This document shows, in pieces, positions 23,579 to 33,835 of a DNA stretch of 43,138 bases. A program made the translations under genes and the position numbers. Under the pieces are notes generated by a model. It ran no database searches. It saw only the letters and a program-made list of their open reading frames with translations, and was not told the origin of the DNA. The stretch comes from Chrysochromulina tobinii (Eukaryota), in assembly GCA_001275005.1 (NCBI GenBank), contig JWZX01003176.1:1-43138 (forward strand), in the 5' to 3' direction. Every line of letters begins with the position of its first letter. The first letter of the stretch is position 1.

Positions 23579-24319
23579 ATGTCAATGGCGCCGATGAGGT
23601 TGTGGACGCCGATCAAGCCGCTGACCTTGCTGGCGATGCTGTGCGGCGTGGCCGGTATGGCTGTGCGACCAAAGCTCAGCCAGTGCCGGCCAGGTCCCAA
23701 CTTGCAGCCTCCGGAACGCATCGACGCCGACGCAGCACCTGGCCCTCGCGATGTGGTCGTCAAGCTTTACGACATCTCGACGCCCGAATTGTGCAGGGCA
23801 ATGTCGCTGCTTGCGTCGAAGCCCGCGTATTGGTTTCCAAAGCTGAGCGTGGGCGTTGGTCGGCGGACGTGGTCCTACGACGGCGAGCCCGAGCAGACGT
23901 ATGACGCGATCATCGAGAATGCAGCAGGCGAGCCACCGCTGCGCACGTGGAATTGTGGAGCGACGAGGCTGACGGACACGGAGATCGACGCGCTCATTGG
24001 TGAGATGGGCGCGACCGACTACACGCCAGCCGAGTACGACTTCTTCCTTCGCAACTGCAACCACTTTTGCTACGACCTCGCCGAGCGGCTCGCGGGCCCA
24101 TGGAAGACGAAGGCTGCGCAGTTCATGGACGAGCGCGTGCTCCATGAGTCGGAGGCGATCCTGAACGCGATGCCGGGGTTACAGCAGACAATGACGCGCG
24201 CGGTCACCTTCCAGGTCCAGAAGATTATCATCAAGTCGTGGCGCAAGGAGTGGAAGCGCGCGCTCGCCGAGTATGAGGAGCAGCAGAACGTACCGCTGGG
24301 CGAGCGGATCTCGGGTTAG
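23579..24319 (+). CDS. PPPDE/DeSI (peptidase C97)-like protein with an N-terminal hydrophobic leader
   Basis: VVVKLYDIS at the domain start and YDFFLRNCNHFCYDLAERL match the DeSI NCNHF catalytic-Cys motif; start may be ATG 23579, 23585 or 23594. Confidence 0.8.
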   Translation: MSMAPMRLWTPIKPLTLLAMLCGVAGMAVRPKLSQCRPGPNLQPPERIDADAAPGPRDVVVKLYDISTPELCRAMSLLASKPAYWFPKLSVGVGRRTWSYDGEPEQTYDAIIENAAGEPPLRTWNCGATRLTDTEIDALIGEMGATDYTPAEYDFFLRNCNHFCYDLAERLAGPWKTKAAQFMDERVLHESEAILNAMPGLQQTMTRAVTFQVQKIIIKSWRKEWKRALAEYEEQQNVPLGERISG

Positions 24320-24871
24320 GGGTTTCTCGGCGGCGGCGGCGGTGAATTGTACACTGTACGCCCGTGTAACTGTGCATTGGGCTTTGACGTGCGTTCTACA
24401 CGCCGCACCGGCCCCACCGCGACTCGCCCTTCGGGCTTCGCTATCAATTCTGGGGCTTCCGGGTGGCTGCTCTTGCTGAACGACACAAATGACGACAGCT
24501 TTTCGTTCCCGGCTTGTGTATCCAACCTCGTCATGTATCATTATGGAAAGTTTAGCAACGATTAGCGTTTAACATAGATACGGTAACCGTTACGAATCCA
24601 CTGTACCGCGTACCTCAAATCTGTGCGGCCAGCAGGGCCAGGGGTCAATCCTTTATTGAGCGGGACTGCGTGGGGAAGCCGCTTACATTCGTGCTTAGAT
24701 AGGGATTGCGAGGGTATCTAAGGACTAAGCTTTCAGAACTAGTCACCGGGTCGCCGGCTACAGAAAGCACTCCGGAACGCCGCTCCGATACGGCGCTCAC
24801 ACAAGATAGGCGCCGTCGGGTCGAGGCGACGTCGCAAGCGCATATCGTCCAACCCCTTCGGCGCACTCACG

Positions 24872-25413
24872 ATGGCTCCGCTGAGCTTCTGGGGATGCGT
24901 CGTCAAGCCTGGCAAGACGCCGACAACACTCAAACGCGCGCAGGAGTTTGCCTCCGTCATTATCAAACAGGTGCGCTTGCCACCACCACCGCCGCTGCGG
25001 CCGCGCCCGTGTGACGGAGCACAAAGAGTCGCGCGCGCGCACCTCAATCGAAAAGTGTTATCGTGGCGGCGCCCCTAACTCTCCTTTCTGCGTGCATCGC
25101 GATTTTGCTGCAGGCCGCACTCGCTCCCGAGGGCAAGCCCGAGGGCACGAGCGTCCTCTCCGTGTCGGTGGGCGCCACGTCGGAGGACAAGTTCGTGCTG
25201 TGCCACCTGACGCCGGGCAGCTGCGACCAGTGGGCGCTGGACGTGGGCTTCGCGCCCGAGGACGGTGAGGTTACCTTCCACCTCACAGGCAAGACCGCCG
25301 TCCACCTCACTGGCTTCCACGAGATGGACGACGACGACGAGGACGACGACGACGAGGACATGGACGAGGAGGCAATGAAGCAGCTGGAGGAGGAGGAGGG
25401 CGAAGAGGAGGAT

Positions 25414-25471
<58 letters not shown>

Positions 25472-26454
25472 CAGCCCCCGCGCCGGCCAAGGGCAAGGGC
25501 GCGCCAGTCAAGGCGGCGGCGCCGGCACCGGCCAAGGCGGCGCCGGCCCCGGCACCAGCCACGGGCAAGGCAGCGCCGGCCCCGGCACCAGCCAAGGGCA
25601 AGGCAGCGCCGGCACCAGCACCAGCCACGGGCAAGGCAGCGCCGGCGCCAGTGCCGGTCAAGGCGGCGGCGGTCAAGGCGGCGGCGGGCAAGGCGGCGAC
25701 GGCGCTTCCGAAGGGTGGTGTGGAGGACGATGAGGACGATGAGGACGATGATCTTGATGACGGCGAGGACGAGGAGGATGACCCTGACGATGAAGACGAT
25801 GAGGACGATGAGGACGATGAGGACGATGAGGACGATGATGACTTTGACGACGCGGAGGTCGTGGACCAGAAGCGTTCGTTGCTCTTCGAGGGAGTCGACA
25901 TGAAGGACCTTCAGGGCGACGACGACGACGACGACGACGAGGACGACGACGAGGACGAGGACGGCGAGGAGGACGAGGAGGATGAGGACGACGAGGGCGA
26001 GGAGGAGGACGACGAGCTCGACGACGACGAGTTCGATGACGAGGACGAGGAGGAGGATGAGCCCGCACCTCCGCCCAAGGGCGGCAAGCGCCCTGCGCCG
26101 GCCGCCGCTGCCGCCCCGCCGCCGGCCAAGAAGGCCAAGGGCATGCCCACCCCGCCGCCGGCCAAGGCGCCGCCGGCCGCACCTGCGAAGGGCGCAACGC
26201 CCAAGGCGGCAACGCCCGCGGCGAAAGCGGCGACGCCCGCAGCTGGCAAGGCGGCGACGCCCGCGGCTTCGCCCGCCGCGACGCCCGCAGCGGGCGCGCA
26301 GGCGTGGAGTGCTAAGGAAGAAAAGGCCCTCGCGGACTCGCTCGCCAAGCTCAAGGAGGGCACTCCGAATCGATGGGAGCGTGTGGCGCAGGACGTGGGC
26401 GGCGGCAAGACCCCGAGTGCGTGCAAGAAGCATGCCAAGGAGATGAAGAAGTGA
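24872..26454 (+). CDS. nucleoplasmin-like (NPL) domain protein with acidic tracts, Lys/Ala/Pro-rich linkers and a C-terminal SANT/Myb domain; exons 24872-24970 and 25114-26454
   Basis: SFWGCVVKPG...KQAAL...FVLCHL...VTFHLTGKTAVHLTGF resembles the NPL fold of HD2 and FKBP39-type proteins; long D/E runs; WSAKEEKAL...NRWERVAQDVGGGKTPSAC is SANT-like; phase-0 intron CAG|GTGCGC...CTGCAG|. Confidence 0.85.
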
Positions 26455-26473
26455 GTGTGCCGCAGTGAGTGCG

Positions 26474-26549
26474 CGGCGGTGGCGGCCACGGCGGCGGCCA
26501 CGGCGGCGGCCACGGCGGCGGTGGCGGTGGCGGTGGCGGTGACGGTGAC
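26474..26549 (+). repeat. GC-rich microsatellite-like tract (GGCGGCGGCCAC and GGTGGC units) downstream of the NPL gene
   Basis: About three 12-mer copies followed by (GGTGGC)n degenerating to GGTGAC. Confidence 0.8.
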
Positions 26550-27083
26550 AGCTGAACCGCCCTCGCGCGGCGCGGGTGGCAGCAGCAGTGCGTGCAAGGG
26601 AGCGGCTGCTCACTTTAGATGGCGGGATGCTGCATGAGTAGCTCCCCAAACATGCACTCAAGTGGTCCAGAAATGAATGAGTTGGAGCGGGCTGCGCTCT
26701 GACTGAGCCGGGACGAACAAGTCGTTTCGTATGATGTGCGCGTTGAGCTGAGTCTTCTAACACTATAATGGATACGGTAAGCCAACCGCGCCAACTCACG
26801 CTGATCGCGCTGTATGTACCTGCTCGCCGCCCGGACGCGGGGGACCGGGCCCGGAGGCATGCCCGGAGGACGGCGGTCGGCGCGCCACGGCCGGGAACCT
26901 GTGTCCTGTCAAAACTGTGCCCCGCCCTTGGTGCCCGCAGCCGACACTGCGCGGCACGGAGCACTTGAGATCGATTAGCTAGTGGTCCTATTACCTATCG
27001 AATGAGAAAAGACCGGCGCGCCGCACCGTTGGGCGGAGACGTCACAGGCCGGGCGGGAGTGGTGGGCGCAAAAGCAAAAGCCG

Positions 27084-28655
27084 TCAGGCTGGTTCAGATA
27101 CGCCTGTGGCAGCCTGCGTCGCCTTCGCGGACCACAGTGGGCGGTACACAATGGGCGGTGGCGGAAGCTTCTGAGCGCTGGCACTGGCGAGAGATTCGTC
27201 GGCCGAGGGAGGGTGATCGCTCGGGTCGGTGGGCCGCGGACCCCCAAGCACCCAACTGAACCACTCGGCGGTGTAGCGCGCAGGGCCGTGGCCCGGACTC
27301 TGTGGAAGCTCGTGGGCAGCGGGTAGCGAAGAGTCGGCGGCTGATGAGGATGAGGATGACGCGTTCGGTGCTGCAGAGGAGGGGGGCGCCTTTGCAGCTG
27401 GTGCTGCCTTCTTCGGCTTCCCTCCTCCAGAGCCCGATTTGGATTTGGTTGCGGCGCCCAATCGCTGCCCCTCTGCCGCGAGCATGTAGGCGTCATAGGA
27501 AGCGGAGGCGCCGCCCACGTTGGTACGCGCCTCTTTGGCCACTCCCAAGGCTTTGAGGATCGCATCGACCTGCGCCTGCAAGCTGCCCGCGTTCGGGAGT
27601 CCGATGATTCCGTTGGCCTCCCAGACTACCGCGTTCGGCGAGAGCGAGACCTCCAACCCTAAGCGCTCCTTGATGAGATCCACTTGGTGGCGCTTGACGA
27701 ACGCATGCTTGGGCGCTGCCGTGGGCATCTTCGGGGGTGGCGGTGGCAAGGGTGGAGGCTCCGAGGGTGTGGCCAAAAGCGGCTTGGCTTTGGGTAGTGG
27801 AGCGGAGCGCGGCAGCGGTGGCGACGACGACCCAGGCATCGACCCAGGCAACGGGTGCGAGCGCGGTAGCGGAGGCGAGGGCGGCGTGCTAGCGGCCACC
27901 GCCGCCTCTTCCGGTGCACCCGCCTGCTCCGTCGGCAGCTGCTGCGTTCGCCCCAAATGAATCAACGTCTCGCCCTCAGCGTGCCGTGCTTCGCGCTTCG
28001 CACGCCGCGCTGCGAACGCCACTTTCTCCGCTTGCGCCGCTGCGGCGATCGCGGCCGCCTCTGCGTCGGCGACCTCGCGTGCGGCGGTTGCGTTGGCCTT
28101 GGCAATACCCGCGGCGGACGTTGCGCCGTGCGGTCCAAATCTGTGGCGGGCCGCCTCAAGCTCGTCGACTTGCTTGGCCTTGCGCCGCTTGGCATCCTCA
28201 AGCCGCCGCTGGGCCAGCTTCAATCGGTCCTCAGCCTCCCGCAGCCGCGAGATGTCCTTGCGCGCCTGCGCGGCTGCACGCTCCTTCTCAAAAATCGCTT
28301 CCTCACGCATCCGCTGCAGCTCCGCCTCGGCGGCGGCTCGCCGGCGCGGCGTGAGCGCTCGCTGGTAGAGCGGGTTGCTCGCCGCTTGCGGGTTGAGTTT
28401 CTGCCTTCGGAGCTCGTCCACGTAGGCCGCGCGAAGTTTATCGTCTGCAAGCACCCGGTACGCCTCGTGCAGGATCACGAAGGCGTCCGCCGCGCGAGGG
28501 TCATCGCTCTTGTCAGGGTGCACGTGCAGGCTGGCCTTGCGGAAGGCAGCGGTGACTGCTGCCTTGCCCCCCTCCTTTAAGGCTGCCGGTTTCAGCTTGA
28601 GCACCTTCCAGTGGTCAGTGGCCTTGAGGACGGAGGTCACGGTGACCGTCTTCAT
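27084..28655 (-). CDS. class C J-domain (DnaJ) protein with a coiled coil and a Pro-rich region
   Basis: DHWKVLKL...AFRKASLHVHPDKSDDPRAADAFVILHEAYRVL contains the HPD motif; ATG at 28655. Confidence 0.85.
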   Translation of the reverse strand: MKTVTVTSVLKATDHWKVLKLKPAALKEGGKAAVTAAFRKASLHVHPDKSDDPRAADAFVILHEAYRVLADDKLRAAYVDELRRQKLNPQAASNPLYQRALTPRRRAAAEAELQRMREEAIFEKERAAAQARKDISRLREAEDRLKLAQRRLEDAKRRKAKQVDELEAARHRFGPHGATSAAGIAKANATAAREVADAEAAAIAAAAQAEKVAFAARRAKREARHAEGETLIHLGRTQQLPTEQAGAPEEAAVAASTPPSPPLPRSHPLPGSMPGSSSPPLPRSAPLPKAKPLLATPSEPPPLPPPPPKMPTAAPKHAFVKRHQVDLIKERLGLEVSLSPNAVVWEANGIIGLPNAGSLQAQVDAILKALGVAKEARTNVGGASASYDAYMLAAEGQRLGAATKSKSGSGGGKPKKAAPAAKAPPSSAAPNASSSSSSAADSSLPAAHELPQSPGHGPARYTAEWFSWVLGGPRPTDPSDHPPSADESLASASAQKLPPPPIVYRPLWSAKATQAATGVSEPA

Positions 28656-28886
28656 GGCGCTCCGGCCCCGCAGGCCGGCCGGAGCCAAACCCCGCACGAA
28701 AGCCTGTGAATGTGTACACCCGGACTATTGCGCGATTATCCTTTCGGATAGCTGGATGTTCACGTGCTTCTTTACCAACTTAGGTATGTATGTGAATGTG
28801 AACGTTAGCACGACAAACGCGTCGACCGTGCACGACACCGGCGACACGGCACTTGCAGCTCAATAGGCCGTCCCCGAAGTGAAAGA

Positions 28887-31494
28887 ATGGCTTTCGGCGT
28901 GATATGCTCGTGCTGCGGCGAGAAGGGCGAGGTGGAGGACGCTGCCGCGGCGGCCTCCTTCATGTGCCAACCTTGCGAACAAGATCCCAACACGGCGAAA
29001 CCCGACATGTCGGTGTACACCATACCCGCCGAAACGGGAGTCGTCATGCTCGAGGCAGCGAAGGCGTTTGCCACTCTGACGCCAAAGGAGCAGGCGTACG
29101 CACACGCGCTCGCCAAGGCAGATTGGGACGGCGCCAAGATCTGCCTACTTCAGTGCAGCCCTGAATCGCCCTACATATTTGCGCTCCTCATGCTCGTCTT
29201 TTCCGCGCAGCCGGTGGAAGCGCTCGTCTCAATGTCGTCGGCCAAGGGGCTGAGCGATGAAGAGGTTTGCCAAGCGCTCATGTACTGCGCGGCCTTTTTC
29301 GGCAACATGGGCAACTACAAGTCCTTCGGCGACACCAAGTTTGTCCCGTCGCTCGCCGCCGACAAAATGCTCGCCTTTCTGTCCGCCGGCGCGGCGGATG
29401 GTGCCAAGGTAGATCGGCTTTGGCGACGCTGCGTCGTGCGGATGTACTCGCTGCCGCCGCGGCAGCGGCAGCTCGGGCTCGGCCGCGCGAACGGCATCTC
29501 GACATACTTTTCTGCTAACTGCGAGGCCGCTGACGCCGATCTCGCTGGCCGCTTCCTTACTTCGATCGGCCTCTCACCATACAATACGAGGCTCTTCAAG
29601 GGCGACGATGGGTACACCGTGCTTCTCGCGTCAGCGGAGGAGCAGGCGGCCGTTGCGGGCATCCTCGCGGAGGCCCGCAGTGCCGGTCTAGATGCGAGCA
29701 AGGCTGTGCCCGCCTGGCTGGCCAACCTCGACCTCCCGGCATCCATGGCCGCGGCGTTTGGGGCGGTGGCCGTTGACATCAGTGATGGCGAAGCGGCGGG
29801 CGCGGGGGCGGGCGAGGCGGAGGCACGGGCGCTGGACGGCCTGTGCCGCGCTCACTCCTTCGAGGGGCACACGATCCGCGTGCGCCGCGGCGACTACGCT
29901 CCAATTATGGCTCGTGTGGTGGGCTGGCTCGAGGCAGCGATCCCCCACGCGGCAGACCAGACGCAGGCGGCGATGCTCGAAGCGTACGCGACGTCGTTCC
30001 GTGAAGGCTCGATCGAGGCCCACAAGCGTGGATCCCGCCACTGGATCCGTGACAAGGGCCCCGCGGTCGAGAGCTACATCGGCTTCATCGAGTCCTATCG
30101 CGACCCGAGCGGCTCTCGCGGGGAGTGGGAGGGCTTCGTCGCCTGCGTCAATCGCGAGGTGAGCCGCACGAGCTCACCTGATGGCGTCTGGTGGCGTCTG
30201 GTGGCGTCTGATGGCCTCTGATGGCGTCTGATGGCGTCTGGTGGCGTCTGGTGGCGTCTGATGGACTCTGATGGCGTCTGATGGCGTCTGATGGCGTCTG
30301 ATGGCGTCTGGTTGCCTCTGATCGCAGGTGAGCCGCAAGTTCCAAACTCTCGTCGACGGCGCTGAGGAGATGCTCAAGCTCATGCCCTGGCCCCGCGCCT
30401 TCGAGAAGGACCAGTTCCTGCGGCCGGACTTCACGTCGCTCGAGGTGCTCAGCTTCGGCTCGTCGGGCGTCCCAGCCGGCATCAATATCCCCAATTATGA
30501 TGACATTCGGCAGTCCGAGGGCTTCAAGAACGTGAGCCTTGGCAACGTGCTCCAGGCCTCGTACGGCGCGGGCGAGAAGCCCGTCTCCTTCGTGGCCGAG
30601 GCCGACCAAGCGCTCTTCAAAGCTCTCAAGGGCGAAGCCTTCGAGGTGCAGGTGGGAATCCATGAGCTTCTGGGGCACGGATCTGGCAAGCTCTACCACG
30701 CCAACACGGCCGACGCCGCCACGCTCCACGGCACGCCGCACCCGCTTACGGGCGAGCCTATCTCGGGCCCCTTTTATGCGGCGGGCGCTACGTGGGACTC
30801 GACCTTCGGACGGCTCGCGTCGGCCTATGAGGAATGCCGCGCCGAGTGCGCGGGCATCTACCTGTGCTTGGAGCCAAGCGTGCTGACCATCTTTGGGCAT
30901 GCGGATGCGCCCGCGAGCGAGGTGGCGCAGGTGCACGACATCACGTACATCAACTGGCTCCTCATGGTACGTGCAGGTCTCACCGGTCTCGAGTTCTACA
31001 CGCCGGAGACCCGCGAGTGGCGCCAGGCGCACATGCGTGCCCGTTTCGCCATCCTACGAGTGCTGCTGGAGGCGGGCGAGGGGCTCGTCACACTCACGCG
31101 CACGACGGGTGCCGACGGGAGGCCAGACGTAACCGCGACCATCGAGCGCGCGCTCATCAAGACGGTTGGCAAGGAAGCCATCCGCAAGTTCCTTCTCGCG
31201 CTCCAGGTGCATAAATCGCTCGGTGACCTTGCCGGCGGCACCGCCTTGTTCGAAAAGTACTCGCTCGTGAGCGACGAGCTCATGGCCATCCGCACGATCG
31301 TGATGGCTCGCAAGGAGCCACGCAAGCTTCTCGTACAGCCCGTGCTCACTGCGGCGCTGGATGGCTCGATTGGCATCAAGCAGTTCGAGCCGACGCCCGC
31401 GGGCATGATCGAGTCGTTCGTCGCGCGCTTCCCCGCAGAGGATGACGCGCTGCTCGCCCTCGCCGACAAGGACCAGCCGCACGTGCTCGACTGA
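28887..31494 (+). CDS. DPP3: dipeptidyl peptidase III (peptidase M49), 812 aa; exons 28887-30158 and 30328-31494
   Basis: Diagnostic HELLGH and EECRAE zinc motifs, plus NMGNYKSFGDTKFVP, GFIESYRDP, PAGINIPNYDDIRQSEGFKNVSLGNV and QAHMRAR; phase-0 intron 30159-30327. Confidence 0.96.
30159..30327 (+). other. DPP3 intron composed of a (GGCGTCTG[A/G]T)-type decamer array
   Basis: GAG|GTGAGC...ATCGCAG|GTGAGC; about 14 decamers; removal restores VNRE-VSRKFQ. Confidence 0.92.
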
Positions 31495-31721
31495 TGGAGG
31501 CCGTGTGAGGACCGCATTGATGATGATGGCTGATGATGACTTTGGTGCAACTCGGATAAAGTGGAGTGCATGAAGCGTGAGGACCACAGCTGCACAGCTC
31601 GGCCACAGCTGCACATGCTCGGCTGATGAAGAAGACACCGATTGGAAAGAGCTGTGCCCCTAGATCGAGGATGCGAGGGGAGCATGCGGGTCGCTGTCGT
31701 CGCGTCAGTGGTGTAGAAAAC

Positions 31722-32345
31722 ATGAGTCACTCGGGTGGCGTCACGTCGTTTCCTCCACCCTCACGTTTTGATGGGCTCAAAAATGCATACGGTTTCGAAC
31801 ATACGTCTTTTTGGGCCCGAGGCAAAATCAGAGAAGATCCAACCACATTTGAGGGGCACATGCACGCCAGTGTGGAGTCGACTACTGGAGAGGCTTTGGC
31901 GCGCATGAAGAGATGCCTTCTCACGCATGAAGAGGTGAAGGCAACGACCAGCCAACGGGATCTTGCCTTGCAAACGGTCTCGAACGACTCTCTCGTCCTC
32001 TGCGCGCTTCAGCATGTGCGGGCTGAGCAGGCGCAGTCATTGCAGGCGCTGCGAGAGGATATGACGAGAATGATGTCGCAGCTCCGTACGGAGTTTGATT
32101 GCGTGGTAAGCGAGCTCCGTGCAGAGGCCGACCGTGTCCGAGCGGCTGCAGATGCCACCATCGCCAGTGTACGCGAGAAGGCGGTCCGTGACCGAGAATT
32201 GTCGGACGCTGCTATTGCCAGCCTGCGCCTCGAGCTTCAGCAGGCGCAAGCTACCTTGCAAAACGTGCGTGCCAATCAGGGCCGGCATGAGTCACTGCTC
32301 GATGGTACGACGAGAAGATCGCCGTTGGTTGCAATGCTCGATTAG
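31722..32345 (+). CDS. hypothetical coiled-coil protein
   Basis: Open frame 31626-32345 with a helical, heptad-like C-terminal half; weaker GC3 bias than neighbouring genes; start codon uncertain. Confidence 0.5.
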   Translation: MSHSGGVTSFPPPSRFDGLKNAYGFEHTSFWARGKIREDPTTFEGHMHASVESTTGEALARMKRCLLTHEEVKATTSQRDLALQTVSNDSLVLCALQHVRAEQAQSLQALREDMTRMMSQLRTEFDCVVSELRAEADRVRAAADATIASVREKAVRDRELSDAAIASLRLELQQAQATLQNVRANQGRHESLLDGTTRRSPLVAMLD

Positions 32346-33228
32346 CTGAACTGAGTACATTTAGCTGGCACGGACAGTCAGATGGGACATGGGAGCACTC
32401 GCCAGGCGATTTTGCTTCGCCAGTTTCCAGCGCTTGAAGTGGTCACGGTGAGCAGCACTCTTGCCTCTTAGACTGCACTGTGGCAAGCAGCCGCTGCTGC
32501 GACTGCCGTACATGTACAAGCAAGGTACCTCGAAGGCCTTGCAACGGACGGACGGACGGCGTCATCGAAGGTCAGTGGGTCGTTGAGGTATCGCCATGCT
32601 GATTTCGCCTTCCCCCGCCACCCTCGAAAGGCACACTGACGCACTCCTCCTCGCCGCCACTACCGACGACGCTCACGACGACGCGCAGCTCATGCGCCGT
32701 GCGGCCCTCGAGGCTCTCAACGTCCTTGATCTCCGTTTGGTCGGCGCGCCGCGGTGCCGAGTGCGTCGCAAGCTTTCGCTTCTTGGCGGCCCTCGACCCT
32801 GTCGAGCCCCCCTCGACGACCATTGGGCGGCAGCGGGCCTACTTGGCCAAGAAGGGTGCGGAGGTCCTCGTGGAGACCAAGACGGAAGCGGCGCCTGCGG
32901 CGGCGGCGGACGGCGGCACCGGCATGTTTGGCGGGATATTCGGCTTCTTATCTGGGGGCCAGGCCGCCCCGGTCAAGCGGGAACAGAAGCGGCCACATCA
33001 CGTGTGAAACACATCCGTCATTTTTCAGATTAGTCCCAGGATTATAACCACATATGAAATAATGTAATGATGAGTTTGGCTTGTGCGTGTTGGTGTGTTG
33101 TGAATGAATTGTTTCTCAGCTCTCCGCCTGCATGTGTCTCCCTTTGGGAGTCTTGTTTTACGTGTCGTGTGTATTCATGTGAATGAATTGAACCATCCTC
33201 GAGACGAAGTGAAGCCGTGCGAGAGTCC

Positions 33229-33819
33229 ATGCACGGTCCTGCTCGAGGACAAGCGCTGCTCGACGACTTGCGCCTGCCCAACCTGCGTCTGCCCTCGAGC
33301 AGCGACTTGCGGTTACCCTCGAGTGTCAGCGCAGCGGCGGCGAGAGCCTTTCAAAAGGTTGCCGGTGACGCCGTCGGCGAAGACGTGGCTACGGCGGTGA
33401 GTGAGTGGAGGCGTGCGCTGGGTGTTGCCGCACGCTCTGAGGCGGTGTGCGACTTGTACTCGGCTCCGTTTGTGCACAGTCCGGCACTGGAAGCCGAGGT
33501 CCGTCGACTCGATACGGCGCTCGGCCGCTTCTCAGAGCAGGCGCAGGTGCGCCAGGCGCACGAGCGGCTGCGCACCATCGAGCTCGAGTTGCCTTTGGCC
33601 TCGGATGCACTGATGGCCGTCTCGGCGCCTGAGCTTCCCGACGACTTCGGCGCCGGCGTGCGCGCCACCGTTAGCGCTCGCCTGGCACGCGAGGCAGATC
33701 TCGACGCGAGGCGCGAACGTGACGTGGCGCAGGTCAAAGCGCAGGCTGAGGCAGGCCGCGAGGCGTTCATGGAGAATCTGAGGAGAACTCGGATCGAGGC
33801 CGGATTGAGTGATCGGTGA
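33229..33819 (+). CDS. hypothetical helical protein (196 aa)
   Basis: ATG-initiated ORF with GC3 bias; N-terminal (D/N)LRLP repeated three times; charged helical C-terminus. Confidence 0.6.
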   Translation: MHGPARGQALLDDLRLPNLRLPSSSDLRLPSSVSAAAARAFQKVAGDAVGEDVATAVSEWRRALGVAARSEAVCDLYSAPFVHSPALEAEVRRLDTALGRFSEQAQVRQAHERLRTIELELPLASDALMAVSAPELPDDFGAGVRATVSARLAREADLDARRERDVAQVKAQAEAGREAFMENLRRTRIEAGLSDR

Positions 33820-33835
33820 CTTTTTAAGGTGAGAC

